A stretch of 64,000 bases of DNA from Macrostomum lignano (GCA_002269645.1 NIVC01000064.1:372001-436000), one strand, 5' to 3'; shown: positions 48,999-62,056, counted from the first letter of the stretch. The notes: generated from the letters alone by a model not told the origin. A program made the numbers and translations.

Positions 48999-51620
48999 TT
49001 AGTCGACCTCCTCGATGGTGGGGCCGGAGCCGCCACCGCTGCCACCGCCGCCGCCGCTCTGGCCGCCAGCAGCGCCAGCACCAGGAGCGCCACCGGGGAA
49101 GCCGCCAGGCATGCTACCGGGCATTCCACCGGCTCCGCCAGCGGCCTGGTACAGCTTGGTGATGATGGGGTTGCACACCTTCTCGAGCTCCTTCTGCTGA
49201 TGGTCGTATTCGTCCTTCTCGGCGGTCTGGTTGGCGTCGAGCCACTTGATGACGTCGTTGCACTTGTCCAGGATGGTCTTCTTGTCGTCCTCGGAGATCT
49301 TGTCCTTGAGCTTCTCGTCCTCGACAGTCTGGCGCATGGAGAAGGCGTAGCTCTCGAGCGAGTTCTTGGCCGAGACGCGCTCCTTCTGCTTGTCGTCCTC
49401 GGCCTTGTAGCGCTCGGCCTCGTTGACCATCCGCTCGATGTCCTCCTTGCTGAGACGGCCCTTGTCGTTGGTGATGGTGATCTTGTTCTCCTTGTTGGTG
49501 CTCTTCTCCACGGCGGACACGTTGAGAATGCCGTTGGAGTCGATGTCGAAGGTCACCTCGATCTGGGGGACTCCGCGCGGAGCCGGCGGGATGCCGGACA
49601 GCTCGAACTTGCCCAGCAGGTTGTTGTCCTTGGTCATGGCGCGCTCGCCTTCGTACACCTGGATTAGAACGCCAGGCTGGTTGTCCGAGTAGGTGGTGAA
49701 CGTCTGCGTCTGCTTGGTGGGATGGTGGTGTTCCGCTTGATGAGGGCCGTCATCACGCCGCCAGCGGTCTCGATGCCGAGCGACAGTGGCGTCACGTCCA
49801 GCAGCAGGAGGTCCTGCACCGCCTCGGACTTGTCGCCGTGCAGAATGGCGGCCTGGACGGCGGCGCCGTAGGCGACGGCCTCGTCCGGGTTGATCGACTT
49901 GTTGAGCTCCTTGCCGCTGAAGAAGTCCTGCGAGATGGCGGGTCGGGTGGGGATGGCGATGGGGATTACAGATGGACTGCTTTGCTTTGTTCTGAGCTCC
50001 CCGATGGGCCAGCCTCAGCATCAGACTAAGGAAGGTCTTGGGCATCAGAGAACCCACTGCAGGTCCGTCTGTCGAAACCGCGAATACCTTACAGAATATC
50101 ATCATCTGAGAGAGCTCTGGCTGGCCAGTGCTTTAGCCTACACTAACAATAAGCAAATAAGTAATCCTACTGCAGGTGCGAATCTCAGCATCAGACTAAG
50201 GAAGGTCTTGGGCATCAGAGAACCCACTGCAGGTCCGTCTGTCGAAACCGCGAATACCTTACAGAATATCATCATCTGAGTTCGCAGAACAGCTAAATTA
50301 ACTACTCAAGCTTTAATTTTTAGGAAGTTTAAGAAAGAACTTGAAGAACTTCAAGTCGCTCACCTGCAGCAGCTTCTGGATCTTCGGGATTCGAGTCGAG
50401 CCGCCCACCAGCACAATCTCGTTGATGGACGCCTTGTCGAGCTTGGCGTCACGCAGCGACTTCTCGACTGGCTCGAGGGTGCCGCGGAACAGGTCGGCGT
50501 TGAGCTCCTCGAAGCGAGCCCTGGTGATGCTCGTGTAGAAGTCGATACCCTCGTATAGGCTGTCAATCTCGATGTTGGCCTGGGCGGCGCTGCTCAGAGT
50601 TCGCTTGGCCCTCTCGCAGGCAGTGCGCAGACGCCTCACAGCGCGCTTGTTGTCACTCATGTCCTTCTTGTACTTGCGCTTGAACTCCTGGATGAAATGG
50701 TTCACCATCCTGTTGTCAAAGTCCTCACCGCCCAGATGGGTGTCTCCAGCAGTCGACTTCACCTCGAAGATTCCCTCCTCGATTGTCAGGATGGACACAT
50801 CGAAGGTGCCACCACCCAGGTCAAAGATGAGCACATTCCTCTCGTGGCCACTCTTCTTGTCTAGACCATATGCAATGGCAGCAGCTGTGGGCTCGTTGAT
50901 GATGCGCAGCACATTTAGGCCAGCAATGGCACCAGCATCCTTGGTGGCTTGACGCTGACTATCATTGAAGTAGGCAGGCACAGTGACAACAGCATCAGTG
51001 ACGGTCTTTCCCAGGTATGCCTCTGCAGTCTCCTTCATCTTTGTCAAGACCATAGAAGAGATCTCTTCAGCAAAGAAGCTTTTAGTCTCACCCTTAAACT
51101 CAACTTGAATTTTTGGCCGAGTGCCATCATTGACAACAGTGAAGGGCCAATGCTTCATGTCTTGTTGTACTACAGAATCATCAAACTTGCGCCCAATGAG
51201 TCGCTTTGCATCTGTAAGTGAATTAATTAATATGCCTAGTAAAATATCAACTTTTAAATTTGCAAAACTAAAGCTAGGCTAGGCCTTATAACGGCAATTG
51301 TAAAGAATAGCATGCCTCAGGATTTATAAGCACTAGGGCCTATATAGGACATTAGACATGTTATAAACTTTTGGGACTGTGGATTTATAATAAAATTTGA
51401 AAGAATATGACTTACCAAACACAGTATTGGAAGGATTTAGCGCCACCTGATTTTTAGCCGAATCACCGATGAGCCTTTCGGTATCGGTAAATGCAACATA
51501 GCTGGGAGTGGTTCGGTTGCCCTGATCGTTGGCAATAATTTCAACCTTACCGTGCTGGAAGACACCAACACACGAGTAGGTTGTACCCAGATCAATACCA
51601 ATTGCAGGAGTTTTAGACAT
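48999..51620 (-). CDS. HSPA8 (hsc70): Cytosolic Hsc70 copy B; exons 51620-51416, 51211-50364, 49927-48999; 1-nt deletion frameshift at 49719-49721
   Basis: Same exon structure as copy A (205+848 nt), but exon 3 is 929 nt rather than 930 (CCC instead of CCCC in the ATC-CCC-ACC region). It is either a pseudogenised copy or a homopolymer error. Confidence 0.9.
50021..50105 (-). ncRNA. U14 (SNORD14): U14 snoRNA, second copy in Hsc70-B intron 2
   Basis: Reverse complement of 41622-41706. Confidence 0.9.
50191..50275 (-). ncRNA. U14 (SNORD14): U14 snoRNA, first copy in Hsc70-B intron 2
   Basis: Reverse complement of 41452-41536. Confidence 0.9.
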
Positions 51621-51734
51621 ATTAAAGTTATTAGCTTAAGTTATATTTATAAATACTAATACAAACTAGATTTACAAGTATAGCTAGCTTAGAGAATTTG
51701 CCGCGTGTAAGGAAAAAGTGTTTGAATTGCCGCC

Positions 51735-51763
51735 TTTATAAAGGGGCGTAGAAAATTCTAGAA
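51735..51763 (-). promoter_or_regulatory. TATA box and heat-shock element of Hsc70-B
   Basis: TATAAA on the minus strand at 51735-51740; GAAaaTTCtaGAA (three nGAAn units) at 51751-51763. Confidence 0.8.
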
Positions 51764-54273
51764 TAAAATGACAAAATTACGATAACGATTGTCGTTATTT
51801 TACAAAGCCGGGCTCTTTTTACCTGTTTTCTTGTACTTACCCCTAAGAGAATACGTGTAAAATAGGCGTAATGGCTCATTTAGTTTTATACTGCTAAGGG
51901 AAACGTTAAAATGATTTGATTTTTTTAATCTATGATATAGTTTGCGTTTAAATTGATTTATTCCCAGCAACATTGAAAAGTCTGTGGTCACCACTTGCCA
52001 CTTTTGAGAGAATACAGGTAAAGTCTGTCAAACCTACGAGTGACGCAACTCAGCTACGCCCCACCCACGGCAGACTTGCTTGAGTTTTTGGGGAATGAAG
52101 TGGGTGGAGCGGTGTAAAAAGCTACATGTACCCCGAGATCAGTTTTCTCGTATTTTTTATATCAGAGTAGTCCACAGAGAAAGTGCTCACTGGCGCATAA
52201 AGTGGCGACTTAATTGCTGATTATATGTTTATATTTTGTAGCAAAGGTTATTTTTTACTTGCTAGTTGGTAATAATTACAATAATTGCAAAAAATTAGCA
52301 AACAATTACAATATTTGACAGGATAACTATGAAATTTGAGCTTCCGCATATCAGGATTTATTTATACTATAAATTTTGTACCCCGTTATGCTGAATTACT
52401 CTTAAATTTCATACAATTTATTCCTAATTTTACAGAATTTTAAAGGCCCAGTACTGGCGCAACCTTACCTAGCTGCAACCTGAAATTCATTAAGAGGGGG
52501 CAGACCCTATATGGCTTGCTTATATTTACATGCTTCCGGCCAGAACGCACCCAGGCGTGGAGGGGTGCGTTCTTGCCACATTCGCCCACAACCTTCGGGC
52601 TTCAGCGGAGACCAGAAAAAAGAAATAGGTGACCAAGCTCATGTTCGCCAAAATACTGTACGATTACGATACACAGTTCTTTCGCTCGGAATTTTCTTTG
52701 GGGCAAGCGTGTACCCATTGTGTAGAGTCCGGAATTAAGTTTTATAGACGTGCAAAGGTATAAGAATATGTTATTTTAAATGTTGTAATGGTTATTTGCA
52801 GCTTAGTTCTGTTAAAATATAATCTTTTATATTCTTAAACATACAATTGCAGTCGACAATTATGTATCACTACTATTTTTTAAATGAAAGGGGTTGTGTT
52901 TTTTCGTAAAAAATATTTTTAAGCATGCTGGCCAGCTTGATAATTGAAATTGCCTCGAACATGGTTACGTTACATGGGGTTCATGTTAACAGATAGGCCT
53001 AACTGCCTTATTAGGCTTTATTTACTTCGGTATTAAGCAAGCACAGGTCTGTCTGCAGATAGTTTTTGCCTGCTTATAGGGACAGTTCTCTTCATTTCGA
53101 TATTTTTCGTAGAGAGATGTAGGGGCCTATTTTAATTTTGTATTTCGACAACGAATCAAAAATTTATGGACTGCTTTTTCTGAATATTGTCTATATATAG
53201 TTAACAGTTAGTAGGCATATGGCCTAGACATAGAGTTTCAACGAGCCGAGATTTTTGCTCAAGCCGAGCTCTAGTCGAGTAGCATGACCAAACAACAAAA
53301 TCCGAGTAGGGCCTAGTTGAGTTAAGGCAGGCATCGACATCGAGCTTGAGTAGGCCTAGTTTTTGGTTATGGCTAATATTAGACTAGATAATAAATAATG
53401 AATTCCATTATAGTATCTATCTCTCTTGATTAGGCCTACTACCAATAGCAATAGGAAATGAGTGAAATATATAGACCTAGCCTAACCTAGGCTTATTATC
53501 TAGGCCCCAATTTGTGGTTTTGTGTTTGGGCATGTATGATATTGCTGCTCCAGTTTTACCAATCATCTTCAAATTTGACACAGACAATCTTATCTATTTT
53601 GACATACTTGTATAAAATTTTGAGTCTCAAAGTTGATATTGAAAGGTGTTGTGCACTTTTAAAGTTAGTCTGCTTTTTGTTAGCATAATAACCTGCCATC
53701 CCCACCTATGCCTCTCTTCTTATCTGGCCAGATGTGTGCAAGGGATTTACAACTGACTAACTTTTGGCTACCATAAGTTTTCTCTAGGCCTACATAAAGC
53801 AATTGATTTCAAATTTGACACAACTCTTTATTGACTTATTATTTATCTAAATGTTAAGTCTCAACTCTGTAACTCAAACAGGATAGAAACTGTAAGCATT
53901 TAAAGTTTTTTTGCTTTTTCTATTGTTGTATCACTTTTTTTCCCCATAGATGAAATGGTCAAGTAATAAGGCTAAGTATACAAAGTAAATATAGAGTGTT
54001 TTGGAATAAAATTTGTTTATAGCCTTTGCACCCCTGTAGAGAGGCTACATTTAGCTATTACAGTTAAGTGAAAGATTTCTAACCACTATTTGATTAGAGT
54101 ATTGTCTTATAGTCTTTTCAAGCACTTGAGCTAATGCTATAGTTGATAAAACATGAGATAAAAGAAAACAAGATATTTAAAGGGGGAATGTAAAGAAAAG
54201 AAAATAAAGGAAAGGAGAGAAAAGATAAAAGATAAAATAGTAGAAAAAAAGCAAAGAAGAGGGGAAAGATAAG

Positions 54274-55153
54274 CAGTGTTGGGCACCAGTCCGTTAATAA
54301 GCGTTAATCCATTAATAAGTGTTAATAAGTGTTAAGATTTTTCATTAACGTTAACAGACTGTCATTAAGATTTTTTTGAACTAACGGATTAACAAATTTG
54401 CGTTAAAAATTTTGTGAATCAACAATAAATTCATTGTTAACAGTAATGTCTATGTCAATGACCAAAGATGCAAAGAAGGAACGAAAAATAGAAGTCTTAC
54501 AAGAAGTTTAAACATTACGAACGTATTTGAGCTTACTATATGCCTGAATATAATCTCTTTATTTATGATGATGATCATACAGACGTACATGTAATTAACA
54601 ACTTCTTACAAATAAACTTTAAAATAATGAATAAAAATAGTGTGAAACTTTATTTCTTGTGCGTGAGCATCGATCGCTTTGATTCACTTTTGTCCCAATC
54701 TTTTGAAACTTTCTGTGGTGCCTGCTAATGGTACTGAAACAACCTTCCTATGTGTATTTAATTATGAATTTCTCGTTATTAGCTTTTAAGTTTCAAATAA
54801 AATAAGTTACTTTTTTACCATATGCTTTACTTTTAGTAGTATTATGCATGCAAGTGTTTAAAATGATTATTTATTACTTTTTTAGCTTTCAAATCGCTTA
54901 GATGACCTCTGTGTTTTGCTAAAAAGATGGAATAGCAAAGATGTGCAATACAAAGTCTGTTTTGGAAAAAATGTGCAAGATTTCCATATTTTCTGTGTTG
55001 ACTTTAACGGATTAATGCTTATTAACAATTATCAGTTAACTTTCAGTTAACTTAACGAAATTAGAAGTTAAAAAGTTAAGATTTTTTTGTTTTAACGCTA
55101 ACGCTTTTGCTATTAATGGAAGTTAAGATTTTCATTAACGGTGCCCAACACTA
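54274..55153. mobile_element. hAT-type MITE, 880 bp
   Basis: TIRs CAGTGTTGGGCACC and GGTGCCCAACACTA (13 of 14 match); perfect 8-bp TSD AAGATAAG (54266-54273, 55154-55161); many subterminal TTAACG/CGTTAA motifs; no transposase ORF. Confidence 0.9.
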
Positions 55154-56127
55154 AAGATAAGAGACCAGAGATTAAAAAGAAAAGAGAAAAGAGGAAAGAT
55201 AAGAAAGAGATGAGATGACAGAGAAGAGAGGAGAGAACAGATAAGTTTTAAAGGACCTAAGGGATAGAGAGAAAGGCAGAGATCAGAGACTAGAGTTTGC
55301 TAGTGCATGCTTTAGACAAATGTTACCTGTCAATCTGTGGCAACCCTAATCAACAAAATCAATGCTTGCTTCAAATTTTAATCAAACAAATTAATTCCAA
55401 TTTTTTCAACTCTATCCTAACTATTAATAAACTTTTTTGAGTATGGCTCCAGATTTTAGATTGCATGCAAAAAGTTGCAGGGATTAGAATTTGGCAGGTT
55501 TAAAATCTACAGGTTTCAATAGCTTGTATAAAATAAAAATAAAGGTTTTCAACATTTATAACTCAAAACTCAAAAAGAGGATATGCCAAATTAAAAATTA
55601 GTATGTGCCAAAGTGGCATTTAACCTTCAAATAATTTGTGTCATTTGGGAAAAATGTGGCTAGGGCACAAATTTGGCACAAAAAACTATATTTAGGCCCT
55701 AGTGATGTCGATCAATTTTAGTATAAGTTAATTTTATTGTATTTTTTTAGTACTTAACAAGAATAAATTTCATAAAATGTTACAAAATGCTTAACTGTTT
55801 TTAATTGTTATTCTTAGTTTGATTTATATATTTTTTAATTTTAATAAAAATTTTATGCATTTTAATTTTACAACATGCTAGAACAATGACAATTTAAAGT
55901 TGAACCTGGGCTTTTGCTTATGTTATGTTTTTTATAAAAAATGTTTCAAATTTTGTTAAATAAAACTTGTTTTAAAGAGTAATAAACTGCTTTAAAAACT
56001 GACTTGCCTTTTTTACAAATCAAAATTCCAGGAAAGCTACTAGTTTTGCTGCTTCTAGTCAGACCAAAATTAAGTACTACATAGACTGAGTGTCATTATT
56101 AATATCTCTATAAGTGAAACCTAAGAT

Positions 56128-59100
56128 ATGAATAACAATAGTACAAATGATGGTACCTGTCAAGGAGCTGGTGGAGATCAAAGAAGTAACATGGCTGGTG
56201 TGTTCAGCTTTGATCCATCAGATATTGAGGTAATAAATTGTAATAAAGATGTCATTTTATATTTGTAAACTTGCTCATAACTGTATTTATTTGTTTGTAT
56301 CATTTTTTCACCTGAATATCAAGGGAATTCTGAGGCTTAATGATGAAGCTCATTTGGGGAATTCTGAGGTTTGATGACCAAATCTCATTAGGGGAATTCT
56401 TAGGTTTAATGACCAAATCTCATTAGGGGAATTCTGAGGCTTGATGACCGAATCTCATTAAGGGAATTCTGATGTTTGATGACCGAATCTCATTAGGGGA
56501 ATTCTGAGGCTTGATGACCGAATCTCATTAGGGGAATTCTGAGGCTTAATGATGAAGCTCATTTGGGGAATTCTGAGGTTTGATGACCAAATCTCATTAG
56601 GGGAATTCTGAGGTTTAATGACCAAATCTCATTAGGGGAATTCTGAGGCTTGATGACCGAATCTCATTAAGGGAATTCTGATGTTTGATGACCGAATCTC
56701 ATTAGGGGAATTCTGAGGCTTGATGACCGAATCTCATTAGGGGAATTCTGAGGCTTGATGACCGAATCTCATTAGGGGAATTCTGAGGCTTAATGACCGA
56801 ATCTCATTAGGGGAATTCTGAGGCTTGATAACCGAATCTCATTAGGGGAATTCTGAGGCTTATTGACTGAATCTTATTAGGGGAATTCTGAGGCTTGATA
56901 ACCAAATCTCATTAGGGAATTCTGAGGCTTGATAACCGAATCTCATTAGGCTAATTCTAAGGGTTTATGACTGAAGCTCGTTAATAGAATTATATAAGGA
57001 CTAATGATCTTGACTTACTTTGACTTAGCTGCACGGTGGTCTGTAGACACAGCAGGCAGGTGAGGGTCACCCATTTCGCTAGCCCTGAAGACAGGCAGAG
57101 GCGTGGGGCCGGTCAGGGTGGTCCGCCGGTCCGTCTTGCAGCGTGATCTTCCATTAGGAAGAAACTGGCTCGTCTAGTCGCCCGAAGGAACAGAATGAGC
57201 CGTGAGATGCTGTCGGGCTGGCAGACCTCGTCAATGGACGGGTTTGGCCCGAGTTAGCGTAGTCGGTCTCTGGTAAAGAAAGGGCAGTGACAAACAAAGT
57301 GCTGAGCATCTTTATTGTCGTACTCGCAAAAAGGGCAAAGTTTGCTCTCGAGGTCACCTCTGAGGAAGCAGTGCCTGGCGAGGTAGCCATGGCCGGTAAG
57401 GGTCATGACAAGGGCTCGAATATCCTTCCGATTTTGGTTCAGAAGAACGTTTCTGAGCCTGCGAGACGGGCAAGTAACGGCACAAGATTGCCGGTAGTTT
57501 TGGGTGCCCGCCCATCTGTCCCTGTGGAGGGAGTCAGCCCAGTCGTCGATCTGATGATTGATGACTGTCGAGGGCATAGGGACCAGGGGGGCAGGGCCGA
57601 AGAAAGAGCCAGAGCCGCCCCTCTTGGCGAGGGTGTCTGCCAGTTCGTTCCCCGGAAACCCTGCGTGCCCTGGGATCCACTTCAGCCTGACAGTATTGCT
57701 ACTGGCCAGGAGGTTGAGCTGCCAGGCACAGTCGGCGACTGTCCGGGAGTTCGTTGTGGTGTGGCAAAGGGCCTGTAAGGCCGCTTGGCTGTCAGAGTGG
57801 ATGACAATAGTCTCTCTTCTCGTACCCTTGGCGTTCAGCTCTGCAGCGCAGGAGCTGATGGCAAGGACTTCGTTCTGGAAGACCGTGGAGAGTCTGCCAG
57901 TGTGCTGGGCATGCGTGGAAATGACGCGGCCGTTGATGATGATGCAGACCCCAAAGCCGACGCGACCATCTTTGATGGATTCTTGGCTTCTTGGCTTTTG
58001 CTTGAACGTGGGGTGACCAGTTCAGCCTGTGGTCCAGGGTAATACCTAGACATTTAGTGTGCTTGCAGAAGGGGATTTCCCTTCCGTAAAGCGTGAGCGG
58101 CCGAATCTGCCACTTGATCCTGCTGGTGAACATGATCGCTGCGGTCTTAGTCTCAGAGAGCTTTAAACCACAGCGATCCGCCCATTGCTCAGCGGCGTAG
58201 ATGAAGTTCTGAAGAAGGTCCCTGAGGGTATCAGGGGACGGACCAGATGCCACCGCGGTGACATCGTCCGCATATCCTACTTTCAGAATGGGGTCAGGCC
58301 GAGCATCCCGAAGGAGCTTATCGATGACCATGTTCCATAGAACTGGAGACAGCACCCCACCTTGCGGGCTACCTTTGCAGACGGGGACCGCCCTCTGGTG
58401 GCCCAGCAGATTGGCGGTGGCCGTGCGATGGCTGATCATGTACATGATCCATCTGGTGAGATGTGAGTACGTTTGCCTCTCACAAAGAGCTCTTCGGAAC
58501 GCCTCGAAGAGGACGTTATCGAAGGCGCCAATGATGTCCAAGAAGATCCCCAGAGCAAAGCCGTTAGCAAGCACGGCCTTCTCAAGTTTATCGACCAGGA
58601 CGTGCAGCGCGCTTTCAGTGGAGCGACCCACCCGAAAAGCGTGCTGGTTCTCACTGAGAGGTTTTTTCTTTAGCTCAACAGAGAGAAGGCACCAAAGCAC
58701 CAGTCTCTCCATCAGCTTGACCAGGGAGGAGGTCAAGCTGATCGGTCTGAAGGATTTGATAGATTGGTAGTCCGTGTGGCCTGGCTTAGGGATAAAAATC
58801 ACCTTTGCCTCGATCCATGCCTGTGGGACATAACCAAGCGTGATGCACACCCCAAGAAGGCTGCAAAGTTTACACAGGAAGCCTGGGCATTTAACCGCCT
58901 CTCTTAGGAGGGCCGGTACAATGCCGTCGGGTCCTGGGGCTTTGAAAGGTTTGAAGGAATTAGCCGCTCTCACGATGCGGTCCTCCGTGATGATAGAGGC
59001 AGCCAGCGCGTGACCTCCCTCCGAGTGATCCGGAGTGGTCGGGTTAGCTGGCTCGTTGGGGAAAAACGCAGTGAGCATTACATCAAGCGTTTCCCCTGGG

Positions 59101-62056
59101 TTGTCCGTGGACGTACCGTCGGTGTGTTTGACCGAGGAGAGCTTAGACATTTTGTCCAGCGTAAGCGCTTTCACAACTCTGGAGGTGGGGCGTGAGCCCT
59201 CTAGCTCCTTACAGTATTGTCGCCATTTTTGAGCCTTTGCATTCCTAACCTGCCTTTTAAACTCATGGATTGCTTCATGATAGGCGGTTTGGTCTGCAGG
59301 GCTCTTAGTTTTAGTTGCTCTGCGGTGGAGTCTCTTAGCCCTGCGACGGAGGTTGCCTAGCTCGGGATTCTACCACGGTGCGGATTTTTTTCCCTTTATA
59401 GGCTTTTAAAGGGCAGGACGCCTCAAAAGTGGCGGTTAGCGTCTCTGTCAAAACAGTTGCGCACTCATCCGCTTCTTGGCATGACGTGATCGTGGATGGT
59501 TGGCCAGGAGACCGATGGAATTCCTTCAGGGCGAGCCCGAAGGTTTTCCAATCAGTATTTCTGGCGTTCCGTCTCCACGTAACACGAGTTGCGCTACGCG
59601 CGGCTATCAGGTTGAAGGAGATGATCAGAGAGTGAGGACTCTGGAAGCACCCACCACGCCCCAATACTTTGGTAGGGTCTTGGCATTGCGAGCGTAGCGT
59701 CGATCACCTCCGACCACCGTCCGTTGTCAAAGGTGGGGGTGGACCCAGAGTTGCAGAACTCGAGGGTCGTAGAGGCAACGTAGGATAGGAGGTCTTCGCC
59801 TCTCTGATTAATGCCAGTGCTGCCCCAGTGAGTATGGTGGGTGTTGATGTCGCCGGCAACCATGAGCTCGTAGTTTTTAGCAGAGCAGAGCTCTACCAGC
59901 GTAGCGAGGGCTCTGGAGACGACCGCAACATCGCCTAATAGGTAAACCGAGGCAATGAGAGTGGTCTTCCCAGGAAGGAAGTCCTCGGATTGGATGACGC
60001 GGATGTCCCTGTTGGACAGGTCCGATCTGAGCCACGCACTGAGCGTTTTGGTCGCAAAGATGCAAACTCTGGGAGGCTGGTTGGCATCGCGAGGGTAACT
60101 ATAAAAACAATTGTAGCCGGCGGGGGCGTTTGTGTGAGATAGTGTGAGAATTTGTATCGGTTTATTATAAGTAGTATTTAACACAAAAATTTATTACTTA
60201 TTTACAAACTGCTTTCGTGCACATTAAACAGGCAAGTAGCGCCAATCCTGGCAACGCGGCAAACGGATCGGTTGTGTCTGACGCCGCCGCCGCCGCCGCT
60301 CCAGACGCCAGCGATGAGGCGGCCGCCGCCGCCTATCCGCCATTGACTCCGCGCCTGCTATGCGAACCGGAAAGTCCGCCAGACACGGAAGAGAACGTCA
60401 GCACCCAGGCTGACGGCATATTTCGTTCGTTTGTATTTGAAAGATTCGCCCGCGACAGGGAGATTGGCCAATTGGATCCGGGCACTCCGGACTCGCCCGA
60501 GCTGGCCAGGGAGCGGCCGCCGCCACTGTCTCAAGAGGCTCGAATTGGTCGCCAACTGGCCGAGATTGGCGACGATATTCAGCAAAGATATAGCAGCCAG
60601 TTCAAGGATATGATTAAATCCTTGGAGAGTCAGTTGACCGATTCTGAAGCGTCGTTTGAGGTGAGGATTTTAACAGGGAAATCCTCTTCTTAATATAAAA
60701 AATCGCCCCTAACTTAAGGGAAAATCGCCCTTTATCAGGGAAAATCGCCCATAATTGAAGAGAAAATCGCCCCTAAGTTAAGGGAAATCGCCCCTTATTA
60801 GGGAAAATCGCCCCTTATCAGGGAAAATCGCCCATAATTGAAGAGAAAATCGCCCCTAAGTTAAGGGAAATCGCCCCTTATTAGGGAAAATCGCCCCTTA
60901 TCAGGGAAAATCGCCCATAATTGAAGAGAAAATCGCCCCTAACCTAAGGGAAAATCGCCCTTTATTAGGGGAAATCGCCCCCTAATTGAAGAGAAAATCG
61001 CCCCTAACTTATCAGAGAAATCGCCACTGAATTACAGGAAAAAACCTAATTACCCTCAATATTCGCAGCTATTCCGCCGCGTTGCCATCCGTTTATTTCG
61101 TGATCACGTGATCAACTGGGGCCGAATTGTGGCGCTATTTTTCTTTGGCTACCGAGTCGCCGTAGAGAAAATTCGTCACGGCGTGTCCGGCTTCCTGCGT
61201 CAAATTGTTAGCTGGATTTGTCGCTTCCTGGTGACCGAACGAATCGCTAGCTGGATTGCGGAGCACGGCGGTTGGGTGAGATATGCATGTTTGCCAGTTA
61301 TTATTGCCTTATCCTAAACCCTATCCTGAACCCTATCCTGAACCCTATCCTAAACCCTATCTTGACCCTTATCCTAAACCCTATCCTGAACCCCATCCTA
61401 AACCCTATCCTGAACCCCATCCTAAACCCTATCCTGAACCCTATCCTAAACCGTATCTTGAACCCTATCCTAAACCCTATCTTGACCCCTATCCTAAACC
61501 CTATCCTGAACCCCATCCTAAACCCTATCCTGAACCCTATCCTGAACCCTATCCTAAACCCTATCCTGAACCCTATTCTAAACCCTATCCTAAACCCTAT
61601 CCTGAACCCTATCCTGAACCCTATCCTAAACCCTATCTTGGCCCCTATCCTCTAAACCCTATCCAGAACCATATCCTAAACCCTATCTCGAACCCTATCC
61701 TAAACCCTATGCTTAACCCTATCTTGAACTTTATCCTAAATCCTATCCAGTTTCAAGTGCCCCAGTAATCAAAGCTGAGAACAAACCAATCTGGAAATCC
61801 CATTCCTGGAAACACAGAATATCATTACATACTCGTACATGTACCCTTAATTTTTTCCTAGAATACCAATTCCAGAACCCACTCAACCAGAGTATATTTA
61901 CCATAAAAATTGCAGCGTTCCGTTCGCCACATCACTTCGGTTGCTATGGGCGGTGAAAATCGATTGAGTCGCAACATTAATTGGCGTCACGTGACTGGCC
62001 TATCGGCGATTATCGTCTTTTGCGTTGTTATTATTCGCTATAATCGACAGCAATGA
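56128..62056 (+). CDS. BAK1: Pro-apoptotic BCL-2 family effector BAK; exons 56128-56229 (inferred), 60232-60660, 61069-61275, 61916-62056
   Basis: GIFRSFVFERF (alpha1), BH3 IGRQLAEIGDDIQQRY, BH1 LFRDHVINWGRIVALFFFGY, BH2 WIAEHGGW and C-terminal TM VTGLSAIIVFCVVII. All junctions are phase-0 GT-AG, at positions equivalent to human BAK. Exon 1 (MNNNST...DPSDIE|GTAAT) is a lower-confidence inference. Confidence 0.9.
56325..56960. repeat. Minisatellite, 35-nt unit GGGGAATTCTGAGGCTTGATGACCGAATCTCATTA
   Basis: About 18 units in the putative BAK intron 1. Confidence 0.95.
57008..60130 (-). mobile_element. 5'-truncated, degenerate I-group non-LTR retrotransposon (LOA/R1-like) with APE, RT, RNase H and a CCHC finger
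   Basis: APE motifs (GDINTHH..WGS, PTF, IDAT, SDH) at 59594-60130. RT motifs (PGPDGI, FRPISLTS, QHAFR, FLDIIGAFD, PQGGVLSP, GYADD). RNase H (TVFQNEVLAI, IHSDSQAAL, WIPGHAGFPGNELAD) at about 57610-57975. LTGH...CPFC...HFVCHC at about 57290-57400. 3' tail of short TAAGTCAA-like repeats; several frameshifts. Confidence 0.93.
60690..61030. repeat. Intronic minisatellite, about 20-23 nt AGGGAAAATCGCCCCTTA units
   Basis: Fills most of BAK intron 2. Confidence 0.92.
61310..61745. repeat. Intronic 12-nt minisatellite AACCCTATCCT(A/G), telomere-like
   Basis: About 36 units in BAK intron 3. Confidence 0.95.

Noticed and set aside
52543-52572. 10-bp GC-rich hairpin as a Helitron 3' end or terminator
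   Set aside because: No CTRR terminus at the expected distance, and intrinsic terminators are not relevant to this eukaryotic context.
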